Part shown: in pieces, positions 28,609-38,505 of the stretch | Layout of the letters: every line of letters starts with the position of its first letter | Numbering within the stretch: position 1 is the stretch's first letter | Origin: a virus | Virus record (IMG/VR): IMGVR_UViG_3300042542_003555 | Location: 96,984 to 160,983 of that record | Length of the DNA stretch: 64,000 nt | Reading direction: 5' to 3' (one strand) | The notes under the pieces: generated by a model | What the model was told of the DNA's origin: nothing | The model's database searches: none | What the model saw: only the letters and a program-made list of their open reading frames with translations | Made by a program: the position numbers and the translations under genes

Positions 28609-29223
28609 TTATGCTCCTAATACGTGCAATGCATGTTCGTAGTGTTTTATTCTATCATCGAGTCCTATTGTTCCACCATTGATTCTCTTTGTCATGGTAA
28701 CAATATCACCACTATCTGCGTATTGATTTAGTTTGTTTGTTTCCCAGAACCAACATGCTGATTGTGCAGCACCTTCAAACGTTTGAGTATACTCTGCTGC
28801 TTCTTCTGGAGAGATTTCTAGTGATGCAGCAAACCAAGTATAGTTTGTTTTGCCTGTCAGTTGAATTAATCCACGACCACGATATTTCCATCCGTCACCA
28901 GATGCTTCGTTACCGTTACCCATACGGTCTGCGTAGACACGATTCGCAATCTTTTGTGGATTTCTTTCGTATGCTTTTGCTGTGGCCATATCTGGAAAAT
29001 ATTTTTTGAAAGTCTTCATCAAACTTTCTGCTCTGTAGTTCAGGTTTTCTGTAAGAAAGATGAACCCACCAGATTCGTGGGCACATTGAGCCATGAATGC
29101 TGCAATACGTTTTGGTGTGTTTATTTCATAGTCAGGAAATAGTTGACTTAGTGCTTTATGCCACTGATTAATATATGGATTTTTTGGAAGCAGTTGTTTT
29201 AATTGTTCTTTTGTTAGTTCCAT
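28609..29223 (-). CDS. Endolysin, glycoside hydrolase family 19
   Basis: AQCAHES, ENLNY, YRGRGLIQLTG, TKRINGG. Confidence 0.9.
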   Translation of the reverse strand: MELTKEQLKQLLPKNPYINQWHKALSQLFPDYEINTPKRIAAFMAQCAHESGGFIFLTENLNYRAESLMKTFKKYFPDMATAKAYERNPQKIANRVYADRMGNGNEASGDGWKYRGRGLIQLTGKTNYTWFAASLEISPEEAAEYTQTFEGAAQSACWFWETNKLNQYADSGDIVTMTKRINGGTIGLDDRIKHYEHALHVLGA

Positions 29224-29234
29224 TTAATTTCACC

Positions 29235-29501
29235 TTATTTTATACTTTCGAATATTTTTTTCTGTTTAGCATACCAAATATTCCACTCATCAACCTTTAT
29301 TGAACACTCATAATATTGAGTATAATTTTCTACAACTTTGGTGTGTAAATCTACGATATTTATTTGATCGCCTTCCAGTTTTCTAAGCGGCTCACACTTT
29401 TCTGTTAGTGATTTTGGTGCTTCTGGAAATTTAGCTACCACTGGTACTGTAGTAGAACAACCAACTAACAACAAGGATAGCAATAAAATATAGGTTTTCA
29501 T
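29235..29501 (-). CDS. o-spanin-like lipoprotein (Rz1-like)
   Basis: Lipobox LVGC; Pro and Cys residues; adjacent to endolysin. Confidence 0.7.
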   Translation of the reverse strand: MKTYILLLSLLLVGCSTTVPVVAKFPEAPKSLTEKCEPLRKLEGDQINIVDLHTKVVENYTQYYECSIKVDEWNIWYAKQKKIFESIK

Positions 29502-30025
29502 TTTGGTTGCGCTGCCTTATTATGTTCTTCAATTATAATTTTAGGGATAGGGCAATTTTTGATTGCATCTTGTAGTTCTTTTTGCTTAACCAAAAATGCC
29601 TGTCTTTCTTCTTCACTCATATCTTTAGTTACTTCTTTAATTACTTCTACTGTATCGCCTTTAACTAAACGATTAATATATTCAATTTGAGTTTTACCTT
29701 TTTCTTTAACAACTTTAGTTCGCTCAACAACTCTTATTTCAACTTCTTTATTGACTTCTTTTGATTGTTCTTCGGCAACTTTAACTTTTTCTTCTAACTC
29801 TTTTACTCTAGCTTCCCATTGATCGTTATTGTATATTGCACCAGACATAAAGACACCAAGAATTATTAGGGCTATAGATATTAGTTGTATCGGTGTTTTA
29901 TAAACGTAGATAGGTGGAATAAACTTAGCTAAGAATTTAACTAAGTAAGTTGATATTAATCCTATCACACCAACAACAAGTGCCGCATAAAAAATCCAAT
30001 CTGGTAGCCATTTTAAAATCCACAT
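29498..30025 (-). CDS. i-spanin-like protein (Rz-like)
   Basis: N-terminal TM segments, coiled coil, C-terminal CPIP. Confidence 0.65.
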   Translation of the reverse strand: MWILKWLPDWIFYAALVVGVIGLISTYLVKFLAKFIPPIYVYKTPIQLISIALIILGVFMSGAIYNNDQWEARVKELEEKVKVAEEQSKEVNKEVEIRVVERTKVVKEKGKTQIEYINRLVKGDTVEVIKEVTKDMSEEERQAFLVKQKELQDAIKNCPIPKIIIEEHNKAAQPK

Positions 30026-30036
30026 ATTACACTCTC

Positions 30037-30264
30037 TTACGCTTTAGGTGGTTTTCTAGTTAATGTTGGATACTTTTTTTTCATAGGCATCTTTACTGCT
30101 GTTGCACTCACAGGATCAGTCGCACTTTGTACACCAGTGACAACTGTTGGTCCTGCTGAACCATCTTCTTTAACGCAACTACCTTTTGAGTACGGTGTTT
30201 TGCCTGGAACTTTTCTATATCCTGACCAGCAAAGTTCTCTGATATCTTTGAATTTCTTTTTCAT
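30037..30264 (-). CDS. Small late protein
   Basis: CWSGY...GSCVKE motif seen in T4-like head-associated proteins. Confidence 0.6.
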   Translation of the reverse strand: MKKKFKDIRELCWSGYRKVPGKTPYSKGSCVKEDGSAGPTVVTGVQSATDPVSATAVKMPMKKKYPTLTRKPPKA

Positions 30265-31274
30265 CAGCAATTCCACTTTCTCAGCGATTTATTAATTCTG
30301 CTATTTGGATCTCTTGCTGTCTTTGCCGAGGTTAATCTGCGTTTCATGCCAGACATTCTTGCACAGAATGACTTTCTACGATTCCATGCTTTTGAACCTT
30401 TCTTCAACTTTGATGGCTTTGTTGTTACAGCCATTGAAAGTTTAGAACCAGGATTAGCACGACGATACGATGCAATACCTTTACGATTTAGGCCACCTTC
30501 AGGATCTTTACCTGCTGATCTTTGCCATGCTGGTGATTTTTCCATGATAGAGTCTTCTGTCAGAATCTCATCATCACCAATATCAAAATCTTCTTTCAAG
30601 CCTGCAATAAAGTTGTAATCGTCCATTGTTAGGACACCTTTGTTGCGAATCTCAATTAGTCTTTCTGTGATAGCATGAAGTTCCATGTCATCTTTAACAT
30701 CTTCTCTTGCTAGTTCTAGCATACGAATCATGAGAGGAATGTTTAAGGTAATAGTATCTTTTTTGTCGGTGACCTCAGTAACAAACTGTCTAAATGATTT
30801 CACTGGTTCTCTTTCTTCTTTTACTGATCTCCAACCACCACCTTTTGACTTGTACCATTTAGAAGCCCAGCCGTTTGCATACGCTGAAGGATATACATCA
30901 AACTTTGATCTTGCAAGTGATTTTGCTCTAGCCCAGAGTTTAGGATTCGTTGGTTTATTTTTTTCTTCTAAATGTTCCATATCTTCACTCAACTTTCCTT
31001 TTCCGTAACTTGATACATTGATAGGAGCACCTTTTCTTTCTGGATTAGGATCGTGCTTTCTTTTTGCTCTTACCGCAGCAGCACGTTCTTTCTTTGAAAG
31101 TGACGCTCTCTTTTCTTTTGACATACATTTTGGTTTCGCTTCACCCGGTTCTCTTGCACAAGGACCAACAACTTCACCTTTAGAATTAATTCTTTTCCAA
31201 TCGCCTTTGGGGTGAGTCTTGCTGAACCACTGTCTTAAATCTTCATTCTGTAAAAACCTTTTTAGTGATTTCAT
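30264..31274 (-). CDS. Multi-module basic protein (putative internal head protein)
   Basis: Modules EDLRQWF, VYPSAYANGW, GKDPEGGLN...RRKSFCARM separated by acidic linkers. Confidence 0.7.
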   Translation of the reverse strand: MKSLKRFLQNEDLRQWFSKTHPKGDWKRINSKGEVVGPCAREPGEAKPKCMSKEKRASLSKKERAAAVRAKRKHDPNPERKGAPINVSSYGKGKLSEDMEHLEEKNKPTNPKLWARAKSLARSKFDVYPSAYANGWASKWYKSKGGGWRSVKEEREPVKSFRQFVTEVTDKKDTITLNIPLMIRMLELAREDVKDDMELHAITERLIEIRNKGVLTMDDYNFIAGLKEDFDIGDDEILTEDSIMEKSPAWQRSAGKDPEGGLNRKGIASYRRANPGSKLSMAVTTKPSKLKKGSKAWNRRKSFCARMSGMKRRLTSAKTARDPNSRINKSLRKWNC

Positions 31275-31657
31275 ATCTGCCTTAGTAAAGCTTCTATCTT
31301 TAAATCTACTGATATGTTAGAGGTTGCAATGTCTTTTCCTCTAATGCCTTTCACCATTAACGGTAGCAGATTGAGATACATCAAGAAAGTTTTTAGGATG
31401 TCATAATCTTTTTCATCAATGCGATAAAACAATATTCTTGTTGTAGCTTCTGCGCCAAATACGTTATATAACAATACCAAATGATTCAGTATCAGTCTTT
31501 CTTTTAATTCTTTTGTTGTTTTATATCTGCGAAAGAGTCTTTTAAGATACTTTGTTCTTTTTAAGTCTCCTTCAAATTCAGACATAATACAGTTAGGTGA
31601 TTCATATGCCTTTACTGCATACATCATGAAATTTTCTTCATTCAAATCATCAAACAT
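31271..31657 (-). CDS. Conserved T4-like phage protein
   Basis: KYLKRLF...ERLILNHLVLLYNVFG. Confidence 0.75.
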   Translation of the reverse strand: MFDDLNEENFMMYAVKAYESPNCIMSEFEGDLKRTKYLKRLFRRYKTTKELKERLILNHLVLLYNVFGAEATTRILFYRIDEKDYDILKTFLMYLNLLPLMVKGIRGKDIATSNISVDLKIEALLRQI

Positions 31658-31699
31658 GCGTTAAAGTGGGGAAGATTTCTCCTCCCCACACTTTCAAGA

Positions 31700-32377
31700 T
31701 TAAGTTACGGTAATTACGCCGTTTGAAGATGTTGCAGATACTCCTTGATCTGCTGCTGTAACAGTAACACGGAATCTGTGGGTGTTTACTGTTGTATCTG
31801 CTGGCTTGACAAGTAGTGTTGCTGAGGTTCCACCGGTGTAGTTTGTATTCGCTGGTGTTCCATTTACAACGTTCGTCCATCCTAGCGAACCAGCTGCATT
31901 GTTGACTTGCCACTGATATGTTAGAGCGGCAGCGGTGTTTCCAGTCAGTGTTGGTGTTACAACAAATGTTGCTGAGTTAGCATATAGCGTGTTGGCAACA
32001 ACAGAAGCGGCTGAGGTTACTGCTAAAGAAATTGCTACGTTCGGGAATAGTTGTGCATCACCATCTTTAATGACGGTACTTAGTGCAACAAGAGTTTCGT
32101 ATTGAACACGATTTGCTCTTCCACCTGAACCTTGAGTTTTGAGTACCCAACCAGTATGTGCTCCCTTATTATTGAGAACAGTAACTTCTTGAGAGTCTAG
32201 TCCGAATAGACCAATCGTTTCGGCGGCAGTGTATACGTTGGCTGTAGTATTTGCATATAGTAATGCTACGTTGGCCGCTGTAGGTGCTGCTCTATTTGGA
32301 TTTGCAGGTGCAATTGCTGAGTTTACCGCCCAGTAAGGTGCGTTTGCTGAGTTGTCGTTATTACCCCATGAGGACAT
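31700..32377 (-). CDS. Virion structural protein with Ig-like C-terminal domain
   Basis: HTGWV...RVQYETLVA; LTYQWQ...ATLLV...FRVTVT. Confidence 0.75.
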   Translation of the reverse strand: MSSWGNNDNSANAPYWAVNSAIAPANPNRAAPTAANVALLYANTTANVYTAAETIGLFGLDSQEVTVLNNKGAHTGWVLKTQGSGGRANRVQYETLVALSTVIKDGDAQLFPNVAISLAVTSAASVVANTLYANSATFVVTPTLTGNTAAALTYQWQVNNAAGSLGWTNVVNGTPANTNYTGGTSATLLVKPADTTVNTHRFRVTVTAADQGVSATSSNGVITVT

Positions 32378-32411
32378 GTTTTTCTCCTTAAATATCCTGT
32401 TTGTTGATTAT

Positions 32412-33653
32412 TTATTTGTTTGTATTGTTGTCATCAGCATCTTGTGCATCTTTATTTGAACGCACTTTCATTCTAGGATCCAACTCAACAATATCTCTTT
32501 TTTGTTTTGTTAAAGTTGTTCCACCAGATAATACTGCGGCAGCATCAGACTCTTTTTTAACTTTGCTTGCTTTATCATCAGACTTGGAAAATTTAGGCTG
32601 TTTGCCATATGATGATGTACTTTTATCATCTTTTTCCCAATCATAGGTATCTTCTTTCATGCCTTTTTTCTTATATAACGCCTTGATGATTCTGGCAGAC
32701 CGAGATAGTTCTTTTTTACGTTCGGATACTCTAGTTAATGTTCCTTTTGGGTCATCATATAATACAGATTCTACTTTATACTTCTTCTTAATTTCAGACT
32801 GCTTTGATAATCTTTCTTTGTCATCTTCAATATCATATGACTTACCTAATTCCTTGTAATAGTCTGAGTGTGGCAAACCACTTTTCTTTCGGAGTTCTTG
32901 GTGTTTAGCATGAAGTGTGTTCCGAACACTTCCTTCTTCCAGTTCGACTTCCTCATTCATACCATCTTCGTTCTTGCTGGACATATAATGTCCAACAGTA
33001 TCCATATAGTCTGCGGCTAGAGTTATTTTCGATTGAACCCAAGCAGGAATTTGCATCTTAGGATCTTTTACAGCAACTCTTAGTTTTGCAATTGCATCAT
33101 CTAGAATATCAAGTTGATTTAGAACCATGCTACCTTCATCGTCAAGCTGTTTGCCCATAGCGATTGCAACATGATCTTCATTTTGTGCTTCTTTATTATG
33201 ACTTCCTGGACCACGTGGAGTTTTTATTTCCATTGATCTGGTATGTAATTTCTTTTTCAATGCATGTTGATGCTGATGGGTAGGAGTCATTTGTTCTTCG
33301 ACTTCTTCACGCTGAGTAGCGGCCCATTGCTTAAATTGATTAGATTTAGCATGAGCTATTTTGGAGTCTGTGCTAACCTGTACTGGATTAATTCCTCTAG
33401 AGAGAAGATATCTATGAAGTTGATTATTTGCTTCATCCAAATCTACTTCTTCTCTTTGAGTTGTAACCCACTGTTTAAATTGATTAGATTTAGAGTGGGC
33501 TATCTTTGTATCTTTTGATAAAGTTTCAGGATTAAGTCCTCTAGACAAAAGATATTTGTCAAGTAAGCCACTTTCAGTTATGTTTGCTTTGGTAGACCAT
33601 GGATCCCATGGATTCTTACCAAATGATTCTTTGAAGGTCTTCTTATTCTTCAT
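32412..33653 (-). CDS. Putative internal head protein with internal duplication
   Basis: Two copies of YLLSRGxNP...KIAHxKSNQFKQW..TQREEV; AWVQSKITLAADY; EEVELEE. Confidence 0.7.
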   Translation of the reverse strand: MKNKKTFKESFGKNPWDPWSTKANITESGLLDKYLLSRGLNPETLSKDTKIAHSKSNQFKQWVTTQREEVDLDEANNQLHRYLLSRGINPVQVSTDSKIAHAKSNQFKQWAATQREEVEEQMTPTHQHQHALKKKLHTRSMEIKTPRGPGSHNKEAQNEDHVAIAMGKQLDDEGSMVLNQLDILDDAIAKLRVAVKDPKMQIPAWVQSKITLAADYMDTVGHYMSSKNEDGMNEEVELEEGSVRNTLHAKHQELRKKSGLPHSDYYKELGKSYDIEDDKERLSKQSEIKKKYKVESVLYDDPKGTLTRVSERKKELSRSARIIKALYKKKGMKEDTYDWEKDDKSTSSYGKQPKFSKSDDKASKVKKESDAAAVLSGGTTLTKQKRDIVELDPRMKVRSNKDAQDADDNNTNK

Positions 33654-35388
33654 CTTTTTTCTCTGAAGTCATACCAGCTTTACCAATCATTTCTTTTTTC
33701 ATAGCCATAAATGACTTTAATTTTTTTGGTTTATTCATATGGCTGGTTTCATCAAGTTCAACATCTTCATTGGTTTTCATCTTTTTCATTCTATCAACTG
33801 CTTTATGGACACCTTTGTCTCTGGTACCAGGAGTCAACAGAGCAACACCTCTATTGCCGCCTTTTCCTGGAAGATTTTCTTTTTTAGCTTTATCTACATA
33901 GCTACGCAAAGTACCATGGCTCAGTTCATCGATCTGTTCAACTTCTTCTTTTGTATGGCGTGTTTTAATTTTCTCGATTGCACGGTTTATTCCCTGAACT
34001 CTTTTTTCTTCTTTGTTTCTATCTCCACCAATTAGTGCCTTGTTTGCCTTTGTGGAATATCTTAACATGGTTGAAGTTTTAAGTTCATCAATTTGTTCAA
34101 TTTCTTCATTTGTTTTTTTAGCAATTTTAGATACGGCTTTTGCCATATTTTCATTACCTTTATTATTTTTTGAACGTGGAGAAACCATAGAACCACGCTT
34201 TTGCAAATAAGATGATAATGTGTCTTTTGACAACTCATCAAGTTGTTCTTCTTCTTTTAAAGCATCTTTCTTAACCATCTTCTTCACCAATGCTCTATCT
34301 TCCTTTTCGTCCTCATGTCCTTCATCTTCTTTTTCATCTTCTTTTTCTTCGCTCATAGGACCTGCTTTGAACTTTACTTTAGTGCTTCTGCTATCTGAGC
34401 CAGGACCAACATCATCTTTTTGTTTTGTTGGTTTGTTTGCACCAGAGATAGCATCTTTTGTTCTTACATCTGGATCAATTTCTTCTTCAACTTCATCATA
34501 TGCTTCTTCTTTCATGCCATGTTTAATTTTGGCATTCATACGAGCAGCAGCACGTTGAGCCCTACCCAACATAACATTGGCACGGCTTTGACGCATTGCT
34601 GCCGCCACCGCACCTACAACTTTATCTTTTTCATCTTTAGACTGAGTTTTTGCTTCATCAAGTTCAACTTCATCATATGCTTCTTCCTTCATGGCTTGTT
34701 TTGTAGCAGTAGCGTACATTACATCTTTCCAACGTGACCCATAACGCTTTTTAAGACCCGCTGTGTCTTTCTTCATTGACATAACGATATCTTCTTTCTT
34801 TTTCTTTTGAGTATCACTCATTTCTTTTTCATCAATAGGAAGTGCAGACTTTTTACCATACATTGATTCAATTAGTTGTTCAGCAAAAGACAATCCTTCT
34901 GTCATTTTCTTTTTCTTTGAGCGCAGAAGTTTAAAATCATGCGAATCAATTTTACCATTTTTATTAGCATCAATCTTGTGCTGATTGCCTTTTAGTTCTT
35001 CCTTGTGCATATCCTTTTCATGCTTACCAACTTCTTTTTTAGCAATCTCTTTTGCCTTTGGTTCATCTACACAATCATCAGCTTCTTTGTATAGTTTAGT
35101 GTTCGTAAATCTATCTTTACGAGCACCATACTTCTCTCTTTTCTTTGGTTCTTTTTTTGTGTCATCATCATCATCTTTCTCTGGCTCATCAGCTTGACGA
35201 CCACCACCATAACGTGTTCCCAATTTGATTCCCGCACCACCACTAGGCTTAGGCGCACTAGCTCTCTTTTGAGCATCAGCTACAGTAGGAAATGCTTCAT
35301 TAAGTTGTTCAGGCTCTTTAGATTCTGTAGCAAGAACTTTATTAACTGCGTCAATTAATGATTGGGACACTCTATCTTTGGCAAACAT
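33643..35388 (-). CDS. Putative internal head polyprotein with repeated (L/I)DE cleavage-like motifs
   Basis: EEAYDEVE x2, EQ(I/L)DEL x3, DVELDE; DANKNGKID. Confidence 0.7.
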   Translation of the reverse strand: MFAKDRVSQSLIDAVNKVLATESKEPEQLNEAFPTVADAQKRASAPKPSGGAGIKLGTRYGGGRQADEPEKDDDDDTKKEPKKREKYGARKDRFTNTKLYKEADDCVDEPKAKEIAKKEVGKHEKDMHKEELKGNQHKIDANKNGKIDSHDFKLLRSKKKKMTEGLSFAEQLIESMYGKKSALPIDEKEMSDTQKKKKEDIVMSMKKDTAGLKKRYGSRWKDVMYATATKQAMKEEAYDEVELDEAKTQSKDEKDKVVGAVAAAMRQSRANVMLGRAQRAAARMNAKIKHGMKEEAYDEVEEEIDPDVRTKDAISGANKPTKQKDDVGPGSDSRSTKVKFKAGPMSEEKEDEKEDEGHEDEKEDRALVKKMVKKDALKEEEQLDELSKDTLSSYLQKRGSMVSPRSKNNKGNENMAKAVSKIAKKTNEEIEQIDELKTSTMLRYSTKANKALIGGDRNKEEKRVQGINRAIEKIKTRHTKEEVEQIDELSHGTLRSYVDKAKKENLPGKGGNRGVALLTPGTRDKGVHKAVDRMKKMKTNEDVELDETSHMNKPKKLKSFMAMKKEMIGKAGMTSEKKDEE

Positions 35389-35389
35389 G

Positions 35390-37285
35390 TTATTTCTCCT
35401 GTTTTTGTTTCTTATTCTTTTTAATTAACAATCCTACTGTTTTATCTTGATCTTTGTAAGTTTGCATGGGTTCTTTATTTGTGGCGCCACCTAAAACACC
35501 ACCAACACCCATATCTACAGCACCAGGATCGTCTATTGCTTCTTCTATCTTTTGATTTCTAAATCGATTGAAACTTATGCGAAGTCCTGCTGCGGTACCT
35601 TCCTTTATATATTTATGCTTAGAAAGTTCTGTATCTTCACGATAAGTTACATCACCAAGACCCGACATAGGATAAACTGTTCCTTGTTGTCTTGTATCAT
35701 ACTCTGGTCCTATTCCCGCTACATTTCTCAGACGTTGATTCTGTGTTGGTGAATCAACTAATCCTTTTTTCTTTAGTTTTTCTTTGTCTTTGCTGAAGTT
35801 GCTTTCTTTGGGCGGCGGGTTGACTTTGAGGGTGGGTTCTCCTTCAACGTAGGTTCTGAAGATGTAACTGGAGTTGCTGGCAACGTCTCCGTCTCGGACA
35901 TCATCGATTCTTCCTGCTTTTCTGGCAATTTGGATGGCTGGGGCGTTGTTGTCGGCAAGGACTCTTCCAGTTTTGGTTCTGCTTTTGTTTGTAGTTGCTG
36001 TAGTAGGGACGGTTCTTGAACTTGCGGCTTGAATAGATTTAGAATCCATTTTAACATTTTCTTGCTCCTTGAATAGTAATGAAACTTTTTCGTTAATGTT
36101 TAGTTTCTTGTTTCTCATCAACCAATCAATTGATGCTTCATTTAGTGTATTTCTATCTAAAAAATCATTCACATGATCATAAACATCACTTATTGATTCT
36201 TCAACTATTTCTAAGTTATCGTTATTCTCAAACAGATTAAAGTCATCAAACATTTCGTGAAACTTTACTTTATTAACTTGTGCTTTGTTCCATTTCTCTT
36301 GACGAACGGATTCGGATATCATTCTTTTTAATCCGAGGTTGCGTTGACGGCTAACTTCATTTAGAGTGTCAACATATATCATCATGGTAGAATACCCAAG
36401 TTCCTCTAATTCTTCTCTGATGGTGCAAACAATATCAATATTATCTGCTGATCCGTTGATGACCAGCGGACTACGATGACGAATAGCTTCTCTACGAAAA
36501 TCTTTGCTACTTTCAGACAGTCTCTTTTTATCCATCAGATAATCAAATGCCTGAACTGTGCTTAGTTCAACGGCTCTTTGTTCTGCAATACCTTCACGGA
36601 TGATAATGTCTTTACCTGACCCTGGTCCACCAGTAATAAAGATTGCTTTGAACATACCACGATTCACATCTTCATGTAAACCCATTCCTTTACGAACATC
36701 ATTGAATAGTTCTTTAGCATGTTTATCATTTTGTTGCATGTGTGAAGAAAGATTACTCTTGAATGATTTGTAATCATTGTTCTGTGCATGATTACGCATA
36801 TCAGTTCCAGAAACGCCTTTCGTTCTTTCACCAGATGACGATACAGTTATCTTTTTGAAGTTATATGAACCGTGTTTAAATGGACGACCTGCATCATCAT
36901 GCGTTCTACCGTTATAATGATTGAGCAATCTTCTATATTCATCTACTCTATCTGCACCAGCAATAACATGAAGATGCGTATATCCAGCTGCATGAGCATC
37001 AGATGCATGATGCATAATAGTAGGTTTTTCTTTACTTGATGTTATAATATTTGTACCAGGAAACGCTCTTTTTAAATGCTTTAATTTAGTGTCTGGTGAT
37101 AAAGGATTCTTTTTGGCATCTTGTGAATGAGATGCAATGACCAAATGATCCGAATTCTCTTTCTCTGCTGTTTTCTTTAGACCTTCAACATTTTCCTCAT
37201 GGCCTTTTGTTGGAGGATTCATACGACCAAACAACATCGTAAGTTTTTTTTGTTGTTCTTCTACTAGTTGTGAGAATCTTTTCAT
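35390..37285 (-). CDS. Nucleotidyltransferase-like domain fused to a P-loop kinase domain
   Basis: FGRMNPPTKGH, KNPL, GADR, SGTDMR; then FKAIFITGGPGSGKD. Confidence 0.75.
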   Translation of the reverse strand: MKRFSQLVEEQQKKLTMLFGRMNPPTKGHEENVEGLKKTAEKENSDHLVIASHSQDAKKNPLSPDTKLKHLKRAFPGTNIITSSKEKPTIMHHASDAHAAGYTHLHVIAGADRVDEYRRLLNHYNGRTHDDAGRPFKHGSYNFKKITVSSSGERTKGVSGTDMRNHAQNNDYKSFKSNLSSHMQQNDKHAKELFNDVRKGMGLHEDVNRGMFKAIFITGGPGSGKDIIIREGIAEQRAVELSTVQAFDYLMDKKRLSESSKDFRREAIRHRSPLVINGSADNIDIVCTIREELEELGYSTMMIYVDTLNEVSRQRNLGLKRMISESVRQEKWNKAQVNKVKFHEMFDDFNLFENNDNLEIVEESISDVYDHVNDFLDRNTLNEASIDWLMRNKKLNINEKVSLLFKEQENVKMDSKSIQAASSRTVPTTATTNKSRTKTGRVLADNNAPAIQIARKAGRIDDVRDGDVASNSSYIFRTYVEGEPTLKVNPPPKESNFSKDKEKLKKKGLVDSPTQNQRLRNVAGIGPEYDTRQQGTVYPMSGLGDVTYREDTELSKHKYIKEGTAAGLRISFNRFRNQKIEEAIDDPGAVDMGVGGVLGGATNKEPMQTYKDQDKTVGLLIKKNKKQKQEK

Positions 37286-38457
37286 TTTGCTCTTGCTAGA
37301 CGATTCAATCTATTGAATTCGTTCCTGTCGTTTAGTTTAGAAACTGTACCTTCGTGATTTACGACGAAGCCTTCTGGTTTTACTGACTGTCCTTTGATTT
37401 CATGCTCTAATCCGCCGGTGTGTTGTGCCAAAGTACGAACTAAAACATTTTTTGCATTTTGTAAATGATGATGTACGTCAAAGACGTTTTCAAGATTTTG
37501 TTTGTGAACATTTGTGTGTTGTATTAGACTTGCTAGTTGATCTTGATATTTTTTCTTGCCAGCATCAGTCTTTTTCTTGTCTATTTCTTTAGTTAGTTTA
37601 TTTTCTATATGTTTTTGTAGACCTTTAACTGACGGTTTTTCTTGTGTGTCAACTGTTGAATTTATATATGTTTTCATATGCTCTCTAACAGGATCAATAG
37701 AGAGGTACATATGAGGATTTTTGTCGTGAATTCTTTGTGCTGCGGCTACATGCTTTGCGTACTCTGTATGTGCAGATTTGGGCATTACAACTTTTGAAGT
37801 ATCATGACCTGGAAGTCTATGATAAACGTCAGGATGTTCAGCAAAATTTGATAGATCGGGACTGTAGTTTGCAGTCATTGCTTTTGCTGTGGGTCCTACA
37901 TACTCTGTATGATTGTATATACCAAACTTTGCTTTGGCTATTTTTTTACCATCTTCGGAATTTTTATTTGCAGAGTATTTGATAACGTTTGGTGTGAAGG
38001 TATACTTGTCACCTTCTTTTTTCTTATCTTTATCTGAGAATAAAACATCACCTTGATAGACACCTTGTTTTGGTGTTATCTTCGGTAAATGCTGCAATGC
38101 AGACTTGAGTTTTTCAACTAAACCAGGTGCGTGACCATGATTCTGTTGAATGTCTTTTTCTGTATAATTAATCTTTGGGTTTTTGTTAAATGCAGACTTA
38201 GAAGCAACGAAGAACTTGCCAGTTTCTGGATGATGACCATAAACAATAGATGGAGAACCATCATGTTTCATGGTAAGTGTCGAATCGTGTGATCCAGCAA
38301 TAATATGATTATGTGCCTGATCTAAAGCACCAATTGCGTGTTCAAAACCTTTGGCTCCATCATTGATAGGATGGTCCTCTAGATGCTCAATGTGCTTGAG
38401 TTTTTCGCCTTCCGGTTCTGTAGTTTCTTCTTTTAGAAAAGTCTTGAATTTTTGCAT
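37282..38457 (-). CDS. Conserved T4-like phage protein (possible ligase-like K-x-DG motif)
   Basis: HIEHLED, TMKHDGSPS, PEGFV; late promoter upstream. Confidence 0.7.
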   Translation of the reverse strand: MQKFKTFLKEETTEPEGEKLKHIEHLEDHPINDGAKGFEHAIGALDQAHNHIIAGSHDSTLTMKHDGSPSIVYGHHPETGKFFVASKSAFNKNPKINYTEKDIQQNHGHAPGLVEKLKSALQHLPKITPKQGVYQGDVLFSDKDKKKEGDKYTFTPNVIKYSANKNSEDGKKIAKAKFGIYNHTEYVGPTAKAMTANYSPDLSNFAEHPDVYHRLPGHDTSKVVMPKSAHTEYAKHVAAAQRIHDKNPHMYLSIDPVREHMKTYINSTVDTQEKPSVKGLQKHIENKLTKEIDKKKTDAGKKKYQDQLASLIQHTNVHKQNLENVFDVHHHLQNAKNVLVRTLAQHTGGLEHEIKGQSVKPEGFVVNHEGTVSKLNDRNEFNRLNRLARAK

Positions 38458-38497
38458 TGATTCCTCAAATGGCAATACCCTGTGATTACCTATTGAG

Positions 38498-38505
38498 TAT
38501 TTATA
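38498..38505 (-). promoter_or_regulatory. T4-type late promoter TATAAATA
   Basis: Exact match upstream of the late/virion gene block. Confidence 0.7.
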
